Part shown: piece by piece, positions 61,739-64,000 of the stretch | How the letters are laid out: each line of letters begins with the position of its first letter | Numbering within the stretch: position 1 is the first letter of the stretch | From: Massalongia carnosa | Taxonomy: Eukaryota | DNA length: 64,000 nt | Direction: 5' to 3' | NCBI GenBank assembly: GCA_965645245.1 | Contig: OZ287069.1 | Location: forward strand, 2,232,001-2,296,000 | Program-made: the position numbers and the translations under genes | Notes under the pieces: model-generated | What the model saw: only the letters and a program-made list of their open reading frames with translations | Told to the model about the DNA's origin: nothing | Databases searched by the model: none

Positions 61739-62777
61739 ATGGCCGCCCTCCGCCCCTCCACCGCCCGCCTCCTGGCCTCTACCCGCCCCCTCCTCCGCTC
61801 CCTCATCACCGTCTCAAGAACCTATGCAACCGTCGAGCCGATTTCCAAACTCGGCGAAGCCATGTCCGCCAGTCAACAGCCTGTCTCGCCAAAAAATACT
61901 ACCACCATTCCCGAACCCAGCAAGTCCCCCGAGGCCAAGCTGAAAACATTTCACATCTACCGCTGGTCGCCCGACACTCCAAGTGAGAAGCCAAAGATGC
62001 AAACCTATACGCTAGACCTGAATAAAACGGGACCAATGGTGCTGGACGCGCTGATCAGGATCAAGAACGAAGTCGACCCCACGCTGACGTTTCGGCGGAG
62101 CTGCAGGGAGGGTATTTGCGGGAGCTGTGCGATGAATATCGACGGGATTAATACGTTGGCTTGTCTATGTATGTCCTCTTCTTCCAAACCTTTACGGATG
62201 CTTTAAGATTCACACCTAACGCAACGGTGGATTCTAGGCCGTATCCCCACCAACACCACGCACGAATCCCGCATCTACCCTCTCCCCCATACCTACGTTG
62301 TCAAAGATCTAGTTCCCGATCTAACCCAATTTTACAGACAATACAAATCAATAAAACCTTACCTTCAACGTGACTCTAATCCCGAAAATGTTTGTCCCCA
62401 CCTCTTCTCCCCTTCCCCCTTTTCCTCCACACTAACTCGCCCCACCCCAATAGGGCCGCGAAAACCTGCAATCCCCCGCCAACCGTAAAAAGCTCGACGG
62501 GCTATACGAATGCATCCTCTGCGCCTGCTGCAGCACCAGTTGCCCCTCGTACTGGTGGAACAGCGAAGAATACCTTGGCCCCGCCGTGCTCTTGCAATCC
62601 TACCGCTGGTTAGCCGATTCCCGCGACCAGCGCACTGAGGAGCGAAAGTCGGCGTTAGATAACAGCATGAGTCTCTATCGGTGCCATACTATCTTAAATT
62701 GCTCGCGGACTTGTCCGAAGGGTTTGAATCCAGGGAAAGCGATTGCGGAGATTAAAAAGGTTATGGCTTTCTCGTAA
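61739..62777 (+). CDS. SDH2: Succinate dehydrogenase iron-sulfur subunit, mitochondrial
   Basis: Mitochondrial presequence, [54 protein letters not shown]. Introns 62169-62237 and 62390-62453. Confidence 0.98.
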
Positions 62778-63581
62778 CGTAGGGGTTGACGAAGAGGGAG
62801 AGGGGAGTGGAAGGGGAATACGGGATCAACGATTGGAAGAAAGCAGAGGGGAGCATGGGTGGATGGATGGGTGGGTAGGGAGTCTGGTTTCTCGTCTCGC
62901 GTACTGCATAACTCATATCAAGGCAATTCTCCAATATACATCAGAAAAATATAACACAACGCAGCTTTTAATGCTCTACTTCCCCCTCACAACCCCAACC
63001 CCTCAAAATCTAAAGCGGTTTACCAGGCCATCTGGATCATATTTCCAAGCCAATCACTTTCCAGAATACTCGAAAGTGCAAGTCAACCAGCAAATCCCAT
63101 CTCTCTTGTGATTGATTAGATATCTCGGGAATTGCTTCATGCGCTTGGAAAATTGCATCACCGTTGACAAGAGAAGAGGCAGAAGAAAACGAGGAAGGAG
63201 AATACGAAGAAAACTTCCAAGCCAACGCGCTGATCCCATCCATTCTTCTCTTCCATTCCTCCATTTGAGGTCCTGGAACCTTCTCTCATACATACATACA
63301 TACATACATAGGTAGGTACATACCATACATACCCAATCAACCCACCATCCTTACGTCATTTCCATTTACTCCACCCACAGCCTAATGTAACCAACCAACC
63401 ATCCAACTCCTCCGTCCCCTTTTTCCCACCATTCCCCGCCCAACCAAGCAAGCAACCACCACATCCTCATTCCCCCTCTCCTTTTCTACCTTCCCCTCCC
63501 CCCTCTAGAACGCCTAGCAAAACTCCACGGGAATCCCTAGCTTCCGTTGGTCCAACCCTCGTCACTTCCTCTCATGCACCA

Positions 63582-64000
63582 CTAAGCAAACCCCTCCCAA
63601 CCACTCCGGCTCTCCTCCCCATCCGTAACTGTACCGTTGTCGCTCCTCCCATCCCTCACTTCAGGCCCATACCCCCCGCTGGTCGGGCTCGACGAGCCCC
63701 TCGCCGCTCCCCCAACCGTGCTAGGCAAGTCCAGCTCGCTCTCGTTCCCGCTACTGTCGTCAGCGTAGGCTCGCTCTGTTCCAGGAAAAGGGTCTTTGCG
63801 CCGGAGGACGGGTTCCCCGGCGGTGATGGCGGGGAGGTTCAAATTGCCTGGGAGGGTGGCGCAGCTGATGCCCCGACGCTCGTGCACAGAGACATTGGGG
63901 GTTTCACCGCGGGTAGGGTCCGCGACGCGGATGGTGCTGAAGATAGGGCTTAGGGAGGCGATCCACGGCTCGTGGTAGGATAGGGAGGGGTTGCGAGGTG
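63582..64000 (-). CDS. 3' end of an unidentified protein-coding gene running off the window
   Basis: The GC-rich frame stays open from the window edge (..SYHEPWIASLSPIFSTIR..) to TAG at 63584-63582. Confidence 0.65.
   Translation of the reverse strand, partial: PRNPSLSYHEPWIASLSPIFSTIRVADPTRGETPNVSVHERRGISCATLPGNLNLPAITAGEPVLRRKDPFPGTERAYADDSSGNESELDLPSTVGGAARGSSSPTSGGYGPEVRDGRSDNGTVTDGEESRSGWEGFA

Noticed and set aside
306..63310. Homopolymers and microsatellites (poly-T near 306, poly-A near 23373, (CAAG)5 at 23481, (TACA)n near 63288)
   Set aside because: Ordinary simple repeats with no sign of function.

Overview
Genomic DNA of a filamentous ascomycete (Pezizomycotina), judged from short spliceosomal introns and fungal-type orthologues. 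Conserved genes occupy both ends. On the left are MED13/SSN2, ENP2, PEX11, an 855-aa coiled-coil gene, a three-exon mitoribosomal bL33 gene that the ORF track does not assemble, and a small Cys/His-motif hypothetical gene. On the right are an RlpA/expansin-like gene, SDH2 and a partial gene. The middle (about 24-57 kb) is accessory. It holds a secreted tyrosinase, a spherulin-4/GH135 gene, a Kelch gene, a GT34 gene, a membrane-protein gene, two pseudogenes and at least nine transposon insertions: four different Tc1/mariner elements (DD34E, DD38E, DD41E, DD34E), two pogo/Fot1 relics, one intact MULE with a 9-bp TSD, and two solo LTRs, one nested in the other. The most notable signals are (i) a fully reconstructible nested insertion stack, (ii) RIP-like hypermutation that appears to target CpC rather than CpA, (iii) a strongly over-represented TA-CRGAG-TA motif matching the termini of a resident Tc1 element, and (iv) an intact transposase whose only plausible start is ACG. 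All calls come from reading the sequence; no database search was run.
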